From NCBI GenBank assembly GCA_013203045.1, contig JABMQN010000059.1, forward strand, positions 1-62,889: a DNA stretch of 62,889 nucleotides. Reading direction: 5' to 3'. Position 1 is the first letter of the stretch; every line of letters starts with the position of its first letter. Source of the DNA: Chloroflexota bacterium (GTDB lineage Bacteria; Chloroflexota; Dehalococcoidia; SZUA-161; SpSt-899). The notes below the pieces were generated by a model, which was given only the letters and a program-made list of their open reading frames with translations, made no database searches and had not been told where the DNA came from. Of this stretch, positions 27,343 through 35,221 are shown piece by piece. Position numbers and translations under genes: made by a program.

Positions 27343-27735
27343 TCAGTCCTCGGCTTCATATTTGGAAGCGCACTTCATCATAATATCATCTGCGCGAAAA
27401 ATGCCATCGTAGGTATACTCTCCTTCAACTACGATATCCTTGTCTTCCTCGAAGTTGTGAGGCGCATCACCTTTATAGACCACAGGCAAGTTTGCTGATT
27501 CATCTGTGATAGCGAACCAAAGTTCCGATGTAGTAGGGTCCCATCTGACGGAGCTTCCGACTACTTTCCCGGATACCCTGATGCTCTTGTCGTAAATGGA
27601 ATCACCTTTCTCTATGAGTTCACTGGGGGTATAGTAATAGGTGAGAGAATCGGAGAGTAAACTGTAGAACAGGAATCCCATTGCTGCGATGAGAATGATT
27701 CCGCCGATTAAGTACTTTTTCTTGATGCTCTGCAT
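27343..27735 (-). CDS. ccmE: heme chaperone CcmE, Cys-type (CxxxY) variant
   Basis: 130 aa with an N-terminal anchor and OB fold. The C-terminal MKCASKYEA sits where the canonical protein has KHDENY. Confidence 0.85.
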   Translation of the reverse strand: MQSIKKKYLIGGIILIAAMGFLFYSLLSDSLTYYYTPSELIEKGDSIYDKSIRVSGKVVGSSVRWDPTTSELWFAITDESANLPVVYKGDAPHNFEEDKDIVVEGEYTYDGIFRADDIMMKCASKYEAED

Positions 27736-27738
27736 GGC

Positions 27739-28647
27739 CTAATTAATTTCCATCATTCGATCAACAGCGCCTTGTGCCCGGATGCGAATATCTTCGGGGA
27801 CCTTCACTTCGGGAGCCATATTCTCCAGAGACGAAAGTACCTTTTCCAGTGTGATGCGTTTCATGTTGGGGCAAACGGCTTTTTCAGAAATTGGGATGAA
27901 TTTCTTAGAGGGGTTCTCCTTCTGTAACCGATGTATAATCCCCATTTCAGTCCCAACGATAACCTCTTGCACATCATCCTGCTGGCTAAAACGAAGTATC
28001 CCACTGGTACTGGCAACTTCATCAGCTAACTCGATGACATCCGGGCGGCACTCGGGATGAACCACGACCTTTGCATTGGGATGTTCCTGGCGCATTCGTT
28101 CAATATCCGGAGATATTATCCTGGCATGTGTTGGACAATAGCCGTGCCATGGTATTACTTCTCGGCCAGACTGGCTAGCTGCATAATGTCCCAGGTATTG
28201 GTCTGGAATAAATATGATCTCCTGATCAGCAGGAAATGAGGCCACTATTTTCGTCGCGTTGGCCGAAGTGCAACATATATCACTTTCCGCTTTTACTTCA
28301 GCACTAGAGTTGACATAACACACCACTTTGGCGTTGGGATGCTCTGATTTGAGTTTGCGTAATCCATCGACATCTATCATATCTGCCATGGGGCAACCAG
28401 CATCTGCATCAGGCAATAGGACTATTTTGTCGGGAGAGAGAATTGAAGCTGTCTCGGCCATAAAATGAACACCACAAAACACAATCACATCAGCATAGAT
28501 TTTGGCGGCCTTCCGGCTAAGCTCAAGAGAATCACCCACAAAATCGGCAATGTCCTGAACGTCACCGCGTTGGTAATTATGCGCGATTATTATAGCATTA
28601 CGCTCTTTGCGTAACTGGTTGATTCGCTCAATAATTTCACCGTTCAT
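27739..28647 (-). CDS. nadA: quinolinate synthase
   Basis: 302 aa with ..IIAHNYQ...VQDIADFVGDSL.LS and VHFMAE motifs. Confidence 0.9.
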   Translation of the reverse strand: MNGEIIERINQLRKERNAIIIAHNYQRGDVQDIADFVGDSLELSRKAAKIYADVIVFCGVHFMAETASILSPDKIVLLPDADAGCPMADMIDVDGLRKLKSEHPNAKVVCYVNSSAEVKAESDICCTSANATKIVASFPADQEIIFIPDQYLGHYAASQSGREVIPWHGYCPTHARIISPDIERMRQEHPNAKVVVHPECRPDVIELADEVASTSGILRFSQQDDVQEVIVGTEMGIIHRLQKENPSKKFIPISEKAVCPNMKRITLEKVLSSLENMAPEVKVPEDIRIRAQGAVDRMMEIN

Positions 28648-28685
28648 TAATCTTCCTCTAATGCTAAATGTTGTATCGATTCCCT

Positions 28686-28714
28686 GTAAGGGCGAGTTGA
28701 CAACTCGCCCCTAC
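28686..28714. repeat. intergenic palindrome of the GTA(A/G)GGGC...GCCCCTAC family
   Basis: GTAAGGGCGAGTTG-a-CAACTCGCCCCTAC with one mismatch. It overlaps the stop codon of the NifX-like gene. Confidence 0.7.
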
Positions 28715-29073
28715 CCACCTCTGGCAACCTTTCTGTAATTCATATAAGTTTTGATAGCGTTCTCAATGGAATCGTTTGACTCGAATGGAAGAATGCCGTT
28801 ACCCATCAAATCATCATAGGCACACTCACCGATTTTACCGGTCAGAACTGCCTCACAATCGGAGATAACAGAGGCCGCCTTTTCGATTGCATCATCATCG
28901 AATTTTGCGTCTGCGTCTTCTCCACACCAGGGAAGACTGGATCGTATTTCTGTTTGCTGTATTTTGTCGCCATCAACGTCGAAAATGAGGAAATCTCTGG
29001 CCATGCCGAAATGCACATTCACGTTTTTGCCGTCAGACGATGTTACTGCTATTCGCATAGTTGTTCTGATCAC
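28711..29073 (-). CDS. NifX/NifB-C-terminal-like (dinitrogenase FeMo-cofactor-binding fold) protein
   Basis: About 115-120 aa. The MRIAVTSSDGKNV..HFG.A..F.I.. pattern fits the family. The likely start is ATG 29058. Confidence 0.65.
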   Translation of the reverse strand: MIRTTMRIAVTSSDGKNVNVHFGMARDFLIFDVDGDKIQQTEIRSSLPWCGEDADAKFDDDAIEKAASVISDCEAVLTGKIGECAYDDLMGNGILPFESNDSIENAIKTYMNYRKVARGG

Positions 29074-29102
29074 CCTAACTCGGACAAGCCGGAACCAAAA
29101 AC

Positions 29103-29169
29103 CACAGAGAGCACAGAGACCACTGAGATAAAAACATAATTACTCCGCGATCTTTGCGGTCTTCGCGAG
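29103..29169. repeat. two sets of three tandem nonamers
   Basis: CACAGAGAG CACAGAGAC CACTGAGAT at 29103..29129, and CTCCGCGAT CTTTGCGGT CTTCGCGAG at 29143..29169. Both lie between fdhD and the NifX-like gene. Confidence 0.75.
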
Positions 29170-29210
29170 AAATCTTTTGCCATTTTACGCAAGACTTTAC
29201 TTTTTACGGA

Positions 29211-30020
29211 CTAACTCGTTATTCTCCGATCATTGGCATAGATGTTCATTCGTTTACCCCGAACAAAACCAATGAGGGTAATACCCAGGCTTTCAGCAGT
29301 GCGTATTGCCAGATCCGTAGGAGCCGAGCGGGAGACTACTATTGGAATTCCCCTTTTCGCCATCTTGGATAGAATTTCCGAGGAAATACGACCGCTGGTC
29401 AAAACGATGCGATCCTCAGTTGGGATTCCTTCCCAAAAGCATTGTCCCAGAATCTTGTCAACAGCATTATGCCTTCCGATATCTTCGCTGAAAATGAGGA
29501 TATCCTCTTTATCGCACAGAGCAGCGCTGTGAACCCCTCCGGTGAGTTTGAAAACCTCAGAATTGTGATGGAACTCCTTCATCAGAGAGAATAACGTTTG
29601 TGCTGAGATTTCGATCTTTGATTCCACCGGGACTTGATACAGCGTATCGGCAACTGAGTAAAAAGCAGTCCCTTTTCCGCATCCCGAGGTAATGGCCCGT
29701 TTGAAGATCATCTCCCCATCGATTGCCAATTCGCCTTTCGTCTCTACCCGTACCGCTCCGCGTCGCTCGTTGAGGAGTACTTTTTTAATATCCTCCTTAT
29801 TTCTGATCAATCCTTCGGAAGCCAGGAATCCAAGAGCCAGGTATTTCAGTTGTGTCGGGGAGCAGAGCATGGTAACCAATTCCTGCCCATTCAGGACGAT
29901 GGTCAAGGCAAACTCTCTCGCTACTACATCATCCTTCTCTTGGCGTTGGTTTTCCGTTATTTGAACTATACGAGCTTCTGTGGTTTCTTCGGACACGGTG
30001 ATATCTCCGGGACAATCCAA
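29211..30020 (-). CDS. fdhD: formate dehydrogenase accessory sulfurtransferase FdhD
   Basis: 269 aa. It has an FdhD-like TSGCG loop, and the HNAVDK and SGR.S.E motifs are conserved. Confidence 0.8.
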   Translation of the reverse strand: MDCPGDITVSEETTEARIVQITENQRQEKDDVVAREFALTIVLNGQELVTMLCSPTQLKYLALGFLASEGLIRNKEDIKKVLLNERRGAVRVETKGELAIDGEMIFKRAITSGCGKGTAFYSVADTLYQVPVESKIEISAQTLFSLMKEFHHNSEVFKLTGGVHSAALCDKEDILIFSEDIGRHNAVDKILGQCFWEGIPTEDRIVLTSGRISSEILSKMAKRGIPIVVSRSAPTDLAIRTAESLGITLIGFVRGKRMNIYANDRRITS

Positions 30021-30056
30021 GCCGCTGCAATCAAAGGGCGTTTTAAAAAAACGTCC

Positions 30057-30491
30057 CTACAATTCCAATATCTGATCTCCTGTCTTCACTTTGCCTCCAC
30101 TGATAACCCTGGCAAAAACGCCCTCTGTGGGCATGATACATTCGCCCACTTGCCTGTATATGGCACATTTGGTATGGCATTCCTTTCCGATTTGGCTTAT
30201 CTCAAGGAGAACTTCGTCACCCACCGTTAATCTGGTTCCAATCGGTAGCGATACTAGTTCAATTCCTTCGGTAGTCAGATTCTCAGCGAAATCACCAGGC
30301 TTCAGCTCCAAACCGAGTTCCCACATCTTATCGATGCTTTCCAGGGCTAACAGGCTTATCTGCCGATGCGTATTACAATCGGCATGGGCATCATTATCAA
30401 GGCCTTCCTCTTCCTTGAGCAAGCCCTCGGGGATTGGTTCCTTTCTGGTGCCTTTTTTATCGCTACGGCATATTGCGATTATTGTAGCCAT
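30057..30491 (-). CDS. MOSC-domain protein
   Basis: About 144 aa beta-barrel MOSC pattern (G.EGD.H, GDF.ENL...G, C..C). The likely start is MATIIAI at 30491. The track ORF begins at 30539. Confidence 0.7.
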   Translation of the reverse strand: MATIIAICRSDKKGTRKEPIPEGLLKEEEGLDNDAHADCNTHRQISLLALESIDKMWELGLELKPGDFAENLTTEGIELVSLPIGTRLTVGDEVLLEISQIGKECHTKCAIYRQVGECIMPTEGVFARVISGGKVKTGDQILEL

Positions 30492-30501
30492 CGATATCTC
30501 G

Positions 30502-31089
30502 TTACAGTTTTGCGCCGCACTCAGGGCATTCTGATGCATCCTGCGTCAGTATTTTCTTGCAGTTCGGGCAGGTGCGAAGCGTTATCTGGCATGGTCTGCA
30601 ATAGGGTGCCTCACCTTCTTCCAGTTTATCCCCACAGTTCGGACATGCGCATTCAGCATGCTCGCCAGCATCGACATGTGCCTCCCCCCATTCATGCACG
30701 TGCGCCGGTGCTTCTCCTCTTTGCCTGCCTTCGTAGTCAGCAATTGCCTTGCCCAATGCATCTGCGCCAAGATTGGAGCAATGGAATTTCTGTTTGGGTA
30801 AACCACCAAGCTCATCAGCTACCATTTTTGGAGTGATTTTTTTGGCTTCTTCTATGGTCTGTCCTTTAGCCATTTCGCTTACCATACTGGAGACGGCAAT
30901 GGCAGCTCCGCATCCGAACGTCTTGAATTTGACATCACTTAAACGGCCGTCGTCCACCTTGATATAAAACGTCATCATGTCTCCGCATACGGGATTGCCC
31001 TCTTCACCGATGCCATCTGCATCTTCAATCTCTCCCACATTGCGGGGATTCATGAAATATTCCATCACTTTTTCACTATAGGCGGGCAT
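30502..31089 (-). CDS. iscU: IscU/NifU-N-type Fe-S scaffold with a C-terminal double zinc-ribbon extension
   Basis: NPVCGD, FGCGAAIA and CSNLG scaffold cysteines. A tail of about 65 aa follows, with CPNCG...CRPC...CPNC...CPECG. Confidence 0.85.
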   Translation of the reverse strand: MPAYSEKVMEYFMNPRNVGEIEDADGIGEEGNPVCGDMMTFYIKVDDGRLSDVKFKTFGCGAAIAVSSMVSEMAKGQTIEEAKKITPKMVADELGGLPKQKFHCSNLGADALGKAIADYEGRQRGEAPAHVHEWGEAHVDAGEHAECACPNCGDKLEEGEAPYCRPCQITLRTCPNCKKILTQDASECPECGAKL

Positions 31090-31090
31090 A

Positions 31091-32278
31091 CTACTTTCCT
31101 CCTTTTTGGCTCTTCAGGTATTTATCATAAAGCGGCGATATTTGCCGTAACCTCTCCACTATGGGAGGGAATGATTCAATCACATAATTAATATCCTCAT
31201 CAGTATTCTCAGCTCCAATGGTGAATAGAAGAGATCCCTGAGCTATTTCGGGAGGATATCCCATGGCGTTGAGAACATGTGATGATTTTAACATTTTTGA
31301 GGTGCAAGCTGAACCACTGGCCGCAGCGATCCCCTGATTTTCCAGAAAGGCCAGCATGGCTTCACCTTCAATGAAATTGACACAAAGACTGACGTTCCCT
31401 GGAAGTCGTTGTGTTGGATGACCTGTCAAATTGATGTGTTTGATTTTTTCCTGCAGTCCTTCACGTAACCTGTCACGTAGCTTGGTAATTTGTTCATTTC
31501 GTGATTGCATATCCTGTTGCGCCAGTTCGGCCGCTTTGCCCAGTCCGACTACTCCCGGAACGTTGTGGGTTCCCGATCTCTTGTCTGATTCTTGAACTCC
31601 ACCTTCCAGCATCGGTATAATCTGAATTCCTCTTCGGAGCCAAAGGGCAGCAGCACCGGTAGGACCGTAGAACTCGTTGGCCGCCAAGCTGAGACAATCT
31701 ATACCAAGTTCCTGTACATCAACCGGGATCACTCCGGTAGTGGCAATAGCATCCGTATGAAATACCGCTCCTGATTCCTTAACAACTTCAGCGATTTCTT
31801 TCAGCGGCTGTATTGTGCCGACTTCCATATTCGCGTGCATCACTGAAACCAGAGTGGTATCTTGTCTGATATTCTTTTTCACCTGGTCTGGATCAACCAG
31901 GCCATATTCATCGACCGGGAGATAGGTGACCTCAAATCCGAATTTCTCCAGGGTACGGGCAGGGTGTAATACCGAGAAATGCTCGATGGAAGATATGATG
32001 ACATGTCTACCCCTTCCCCGACGTGCTACGGCCAACCCTTTGATAGCCATGTTATTGGACTCAGTTCCGCATGAGGTGAAGATGATTTCGTTTTCCGGAG
32101 CATTGATGAGACTACCAACTTGTGAACGGGCCTCCTCTATTGCATCACTGGCTCGATTACCCCTGTCACCGAAGGATACCGGATTGCCAAACAACTCTCT
32201 GCAATATGGGGACATCGCTTCGTGGACTCTTATATCAATCGGTGTTGCTGATCCATTGTCAAGGTATACTTCTCTCAT
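31091..32278 (-). CDS. cysteine desulfurase (NifS/IscS class)
   Basis: 395-aa PLP fold with SSIEH, a HTDA...G region and an active-site SGSACTS loop. Confidence 0.9.
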   Translation of the reverse strand: MREVYLDNGSATPIDIRVHEAMSPYCRELFGNPVSFGDRGNRASDAIEEARSQVGSLINAPENEIIFTSCGTESNNMAIKGLAVARRGRGRHVIISSIEHFSVLHPARTLEKFGFEVTYLPVDEYGLVDPDQVKKNIRQDTTLVSVMHANMEVGTIQPLKEIAEVVKESGAVFHTDAIATTGVIPVDVQELGIDCLSLAANEFYGPTGAAALWLRRGIQIIPMLEGGVQESDKRSGTHNVPGVVGLGKAAELAQQDMQSRNEQITKLRDRLREGLQEKIKHINLTGHPTQRLPGNVSLCVNFIEGEAMLAFLENQGIAAASGSACTSKMLKSSHVLNAMGYPPEIAQGSLLFTIGAENTDEDINYVIESFPPIVERLRQISPLYDKYLKSQKGGK

Positions 32279-32352
32279 CTCAAATCCTCCTTCGCTGGGT
32301 AGCTATAATTCTACTCCAATGCCACACATACATCTGCGACATTCATCACATA

Positions 32353-33447
32353 TCACTCTATACTAAACTTGTTTTTTAGTATTTCAGAAACTCGATTAAC
32401 GTATGAAAAAGCTGTCTCAACGATTTTCTCTTCAACACTAGAGATTGTACAGCTTCCAGTCTCCTGTTTACAATCTTCTTTTTCGGTACTCAGTACCTCG
32501 ATGTTCTTAAGGCAGCATCGTGCCGGTGCAATCAGCGCCTGACGGGCAATTTGCTCAGATGAAATATCTGAATTTTCGGCAACCACCTGCCAGTAGTTCA
32601 TGGTCCTTTGTGCCAGCATTTCCGGAGTCTCACGACTCATAGCCATTGAATCGGTGGGAACGATGCCCCAGGAAATAATCCCGCCGGATTTGATGAAATC
32701 CGCTACTGCGTCTGCATATCCCTTAGGCATTACTTCCATTTGATAGGCATCAAACGATACCATGTCTAATCCCAGCTCAAGAAGATAAGGTAAATTGACA
32801 TTGGCACATAGATGAATTGCTTTCAGCCCATCGATGCCTGCCATGAAATTCCTGTAGTCTTCCTTCGCCTGAACGTCATTATAACCTGAAAGTGAAGTGA
32901 AGACCCAACCCAGTCCCGGTTCATCCACCCAAACAAAGGCGTTTCTATTTTCTTGACGCATTTCTTCGCATTGCGAATTAACCTTTCGCTGGATGAAATC
33001 ATACAGGATCGATCTAACATCCTCATTGTAGATTATGGGTTTGAGGTTCTCATCGACAATCTTGAATCCAAAGCTCACTGGCCCGGTCGATTGCCCACGA
33101 ATAGACGGATAACCTGCGAGATCTCTATCCAGAAACTTGTGAAACACTACGGAATACTCAGGACTGAGGGCGAAGTTCTCCAGTCGATCCATCCATTCTG
33201 AGTAGTCACCAATGTCTTCCATGAATTTGGAAGTATCGAAGTTCACCCTTTCGTTCTCAACATCGATAGTGACTCCGGGAAATCCTTCGGATACCTGGGC
33301 ATACATATCTTCGTGATAGGTAATGTTTGGCAGTTGGGGCCAGTATGGAATATCCATGCTGAATACCAACTCAAGTGCTTTTTCAACATCAGTATGGGGC
33401 ATGATCCCCATGGCGGTAGTTCTACAATTGGCTTCCCACTCCATCAT
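32353..33447 (-). CDS. MetE-C-terminal-like (cobalamin-independent methionine synthase / URO-D superfamily) protein
   Basis: 364 aa. The N-terminal TTAMGIMPHTD...IPYWPQLP resembles the T.IGS.P / LP.LP start of short MetE-like proteins. Recalled from memory only. Confidence 0.45.
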   Translation of the reverse strand: MMEWEANCRTTAMGIMPHTDVEKALELVFSMDIPYWPQLPNITYHEDMYAQVSEGFPGVTIDVENERVNFDTSKFMEDIGDYSEWMDRLENFALSPEYSVVFHKFLDRDLAGYPSIRGQSTGPVSFGFKIVDENLKPIIYNEDVRSILYDFIQRKVNSQCEEMRQENRNAFVWVDEPGLGWVFTSLSGYNDVQAKEDYRNFMAGIDGLKAIHLCANVNLPYLLELGLDMVSFDAYQMEVMPKGYADAVADFIKSGGIISWGIVPTDSMAMSRETPEMLAQRTMNYWQVVAENSDISSEQIARQALIAPARCCLKNIEVLSTEKEDCKQETGSCTISSVEEKIVETAFSYVNRVSEILKNKFSIE

Positions 33448-33448
33448 C

Positions 33449-33964
33449 TTAACGTAGTATTTCTTGAGATTTGTCTTTTAGGTAAATCGTCCGAGCCAGT
33501 GCCTTGCCTGTCTGAGTGAGAAATACCCTATCAATGATATTTTCTAATTTTTGCTGGTCTTTTATATTATATTCATCCGATAGATTTACTAACCAATCGG
33601 CATCATAAAGCATACCAAAATTTCTTGTGGTAATCTTCCCGGGACTGTGATGGTGGGCGATGATCTCGCATATTTCATTGACCTGTCCAGCTTCAAATTC
33701 CAATTTGGCTAGAATTTCTCTCGCAATTGGAGGTCCTTCGATTTCCTGAAACTTACCACTATTACTACCATGTTTTCTTTCCGCCTCATGAATTCCGATA
33801 TCGTGAAGCACCGCTGCTCCCATCACAATGGAATAATTACCACCCTCGCCTTCCAGCAGTTTCTCAGCGTAATCGGTGACTTTGTGAGCATGGTCGATCC
33901 TTTTGGTATCTCCATTGAAATAGGACTCCATTGCTTGAATCAGTGCTACTTTTGTATCATTCAT
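33449..33964 (-). CDS. HD-domain phosphohydrolase
   Basis: 171 aa with H...HD motifs (HAHKV, LHDIG) and HHH. Confidence 0.75.
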   Translation of the reverse strand: MNDTKVALIQAMESYFNGDTKRIDHAHKVTDYAEKLLEGEGGNYSIVMGAAVLHDIGIHEAERKHGSNSGKFQEIEGPPIAREILAKLEFEAGQVNEICEIIAHHHSPGKITTRNFGMLYDADWLVNLSDEYNIKDQQKLENIIDRVFLTQTGKALARTIYLKDKSQEILR

Positions 33965-33966
33965 TT

Positions 33967-34320
33967 TTAAACCATCTGTCTCGGATTTGGCAGTTCCTTT
34001 TTTCTCCCATTAACGAGATGCCTGATTGCCTGAACAGGATGCCGATATGCCATACGTGGCCCGGCGTATCGCATCACCGATCGGACCTTTTCCCGCATCT
34101 CTGGTTTGTAGCAATGAATTGGGCACTTGGCACAGGTTGGTTTTTCCTCCCGGAATGGACACTTTTCAAGGCGTTCTCGGGCATAATCCAAAAGTTGCTG
34201 GCAATCATCACAAAGCTTGTTGTTACTGCTATGCAGATCATGACAGTACATCGTTATCATGGTCTCGACGGTCTTGATCTCTCGATCAATGCGAGATTGC
34301 TTACTAAACATGTTGAACAT
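33967..34320 (-). CDS. nitrous-oxide-stimulated-promoter (YgbA-like) Cys-rich protein
   Basis: 117 aa with the pattern YC...H....LC..C..L..YA..R...CP....KP.C..CP.HCY. Confidence 0.65.
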   Translation of the reverse strand: MFNMFSKQSRIDREIKTVETMITMYCHDLHSSNNKLCDDCQQLLDYARERLEKCPFREEKPTCAKCPIHCYKPEMREKVRSVMRYAGPRMAYRHPVQAIRHLVNGRKKELPNPRQMV

Positions 34321-34335
34321 CTTAGGACGTTATGG

Positions 34336-35130
34336 CTATCTTTGCCTGCCGGTATACTCAATAGCATCCGCGGGACAAATTTCTTTGCAACGATTGCACA
34401 GGTAGCACTCCTGTTTGCGATCGGTTTCACCCGCTTCATTTGTGGGGCAGACTGCTTCGCATTCTCCGCAATCGAGGCATTCATCAGTGCGCCTCAGTCT
34501 GAACCGGCTTTTGCCGGAAACCAGCGACAATATTGCCCCGTAAGGACAAAGCAAACGGCAAAATGGCCGATATATAAAGACCGCGATAATAACCAGAGAC
34601 AGGAACACGTAAAAATAACCCGATATCTCCAGGTGGAAGAAATCCTTAAGCCCCAGACGAATCAAAAGACCTTCGGAAAAAACCACCGCAAGGATAATGA
34701 ATACTGGCAGGAAAAGCAGGTGGAAGCCTATTGGCACAGCATTGTTTCGTATCTTCAGCTTCTTTGTCTTGATGCGATAAGCCAGTTCCTGCACTGCCCC
34801 GATGGGGCACACATATCCACAAAAAATCCTTCCCAAGATGAAAGTTATTATTACGAAAACCACCAGAATTAGCGCGGCAACCCCGGCTGGAACAGCCAGT
34901 TGCTTGGTTTTACCCAGAAGCAGAACCTGCATCTGATTGGGAAGCATCGGCGCGAAAATCAGGAATCCCAGCGTTGCCGAAACAGCAAGCAACAGGTACC
35001 CTATCCTTGTGTTCAACTTACCCTTATAGAATAAATATCCCAGAAAGAGAACCGCAACTATAGCATATATCATGCCGATTTCTTTCGGCGCATCTTCAAG
35101 CATGCTTCTCCTTTTGCTAACCTGTAGCAA
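34336..35130 (-). CDS. membrane-bound polyferredoxin (NapH/MauN-like 4Fe-4S binding protein)
   Basis: 264 aa with several TM helices carrying CGYVCP and CRLLCP motifs, plus a C-terminal CLDCGECEAVCP / CYLCNRCKEICP. Confidence 0.65.
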   Translation of the reverse strand: MLQVSKRRSMLEDAPKEIGMIYAIVAVLFLGYLFYKGKLNTRIGYLLLAVSATLGFLIFAPMLPNQMQVLLLGKTKQLAVPAGVAALILVVFVIITFILGRIFCGYVCPIGAVQELAYRIKTKKLKIRNNAVPIGFHLLFLPVFIILAVVFSEGLLIRLGLKDFFHLEISGYFYVFLSLVIIAVFIYRPFCRLLCPYGAILSLVSGKSRFRLRRTDECLDCGECEAVCPTNEAGETDRKQECYLCNRCKEICPADAIEYTGRQR

Positions 35131-35146
35131 ACACTTTGACAGGATA

Positions 35147-35193
35147 ACAGGATCAACAGGATGTGTTTATCCCATCAATCCTGTTGATCCTGT
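35147..35193. repeat. 16-bp perfect stem hairpin built from ACAGGAT repeats, between hcp and the polyferredoxin gene
   Basis: ACAGGATCAACAGGAT - 15 nt - ATCCTGTTGATCCTGT. There is no T-run, so it is not a classical terminator. Confidence 0.7.
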
Positions 35194-35221
35194 CCGATAA
35201 CACTGAACTTACTATAAAATT

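Noticed and set aside
29103-29169. The short tandem repeats (here and at 1322, 10873 and 35147) could be a degenerate CRISPR array.
   Set aside because: The repeat units are 7-9 nt with no spacers. They occur 3-4 times only, and there are no cas genes in the window.
33931-34872. Long antisense ORFs appear in the track: 313 aa at 33931..34872, 183 aa at 23465..24016, 267 aa at 51653..52456, 243 aa at 48931..49662 and 170 aa at 46758..47270.
   Set aside because: Each lies fully opposite or out of frame to a gene with clear family motifs (YgbA/polyferredoxin, ccmC, Hgd-like subunit, PaaK ligase, radical SAM). Their composition is low-complexity or Ser/Pro/Arg-rich. They are shadow ORFs.
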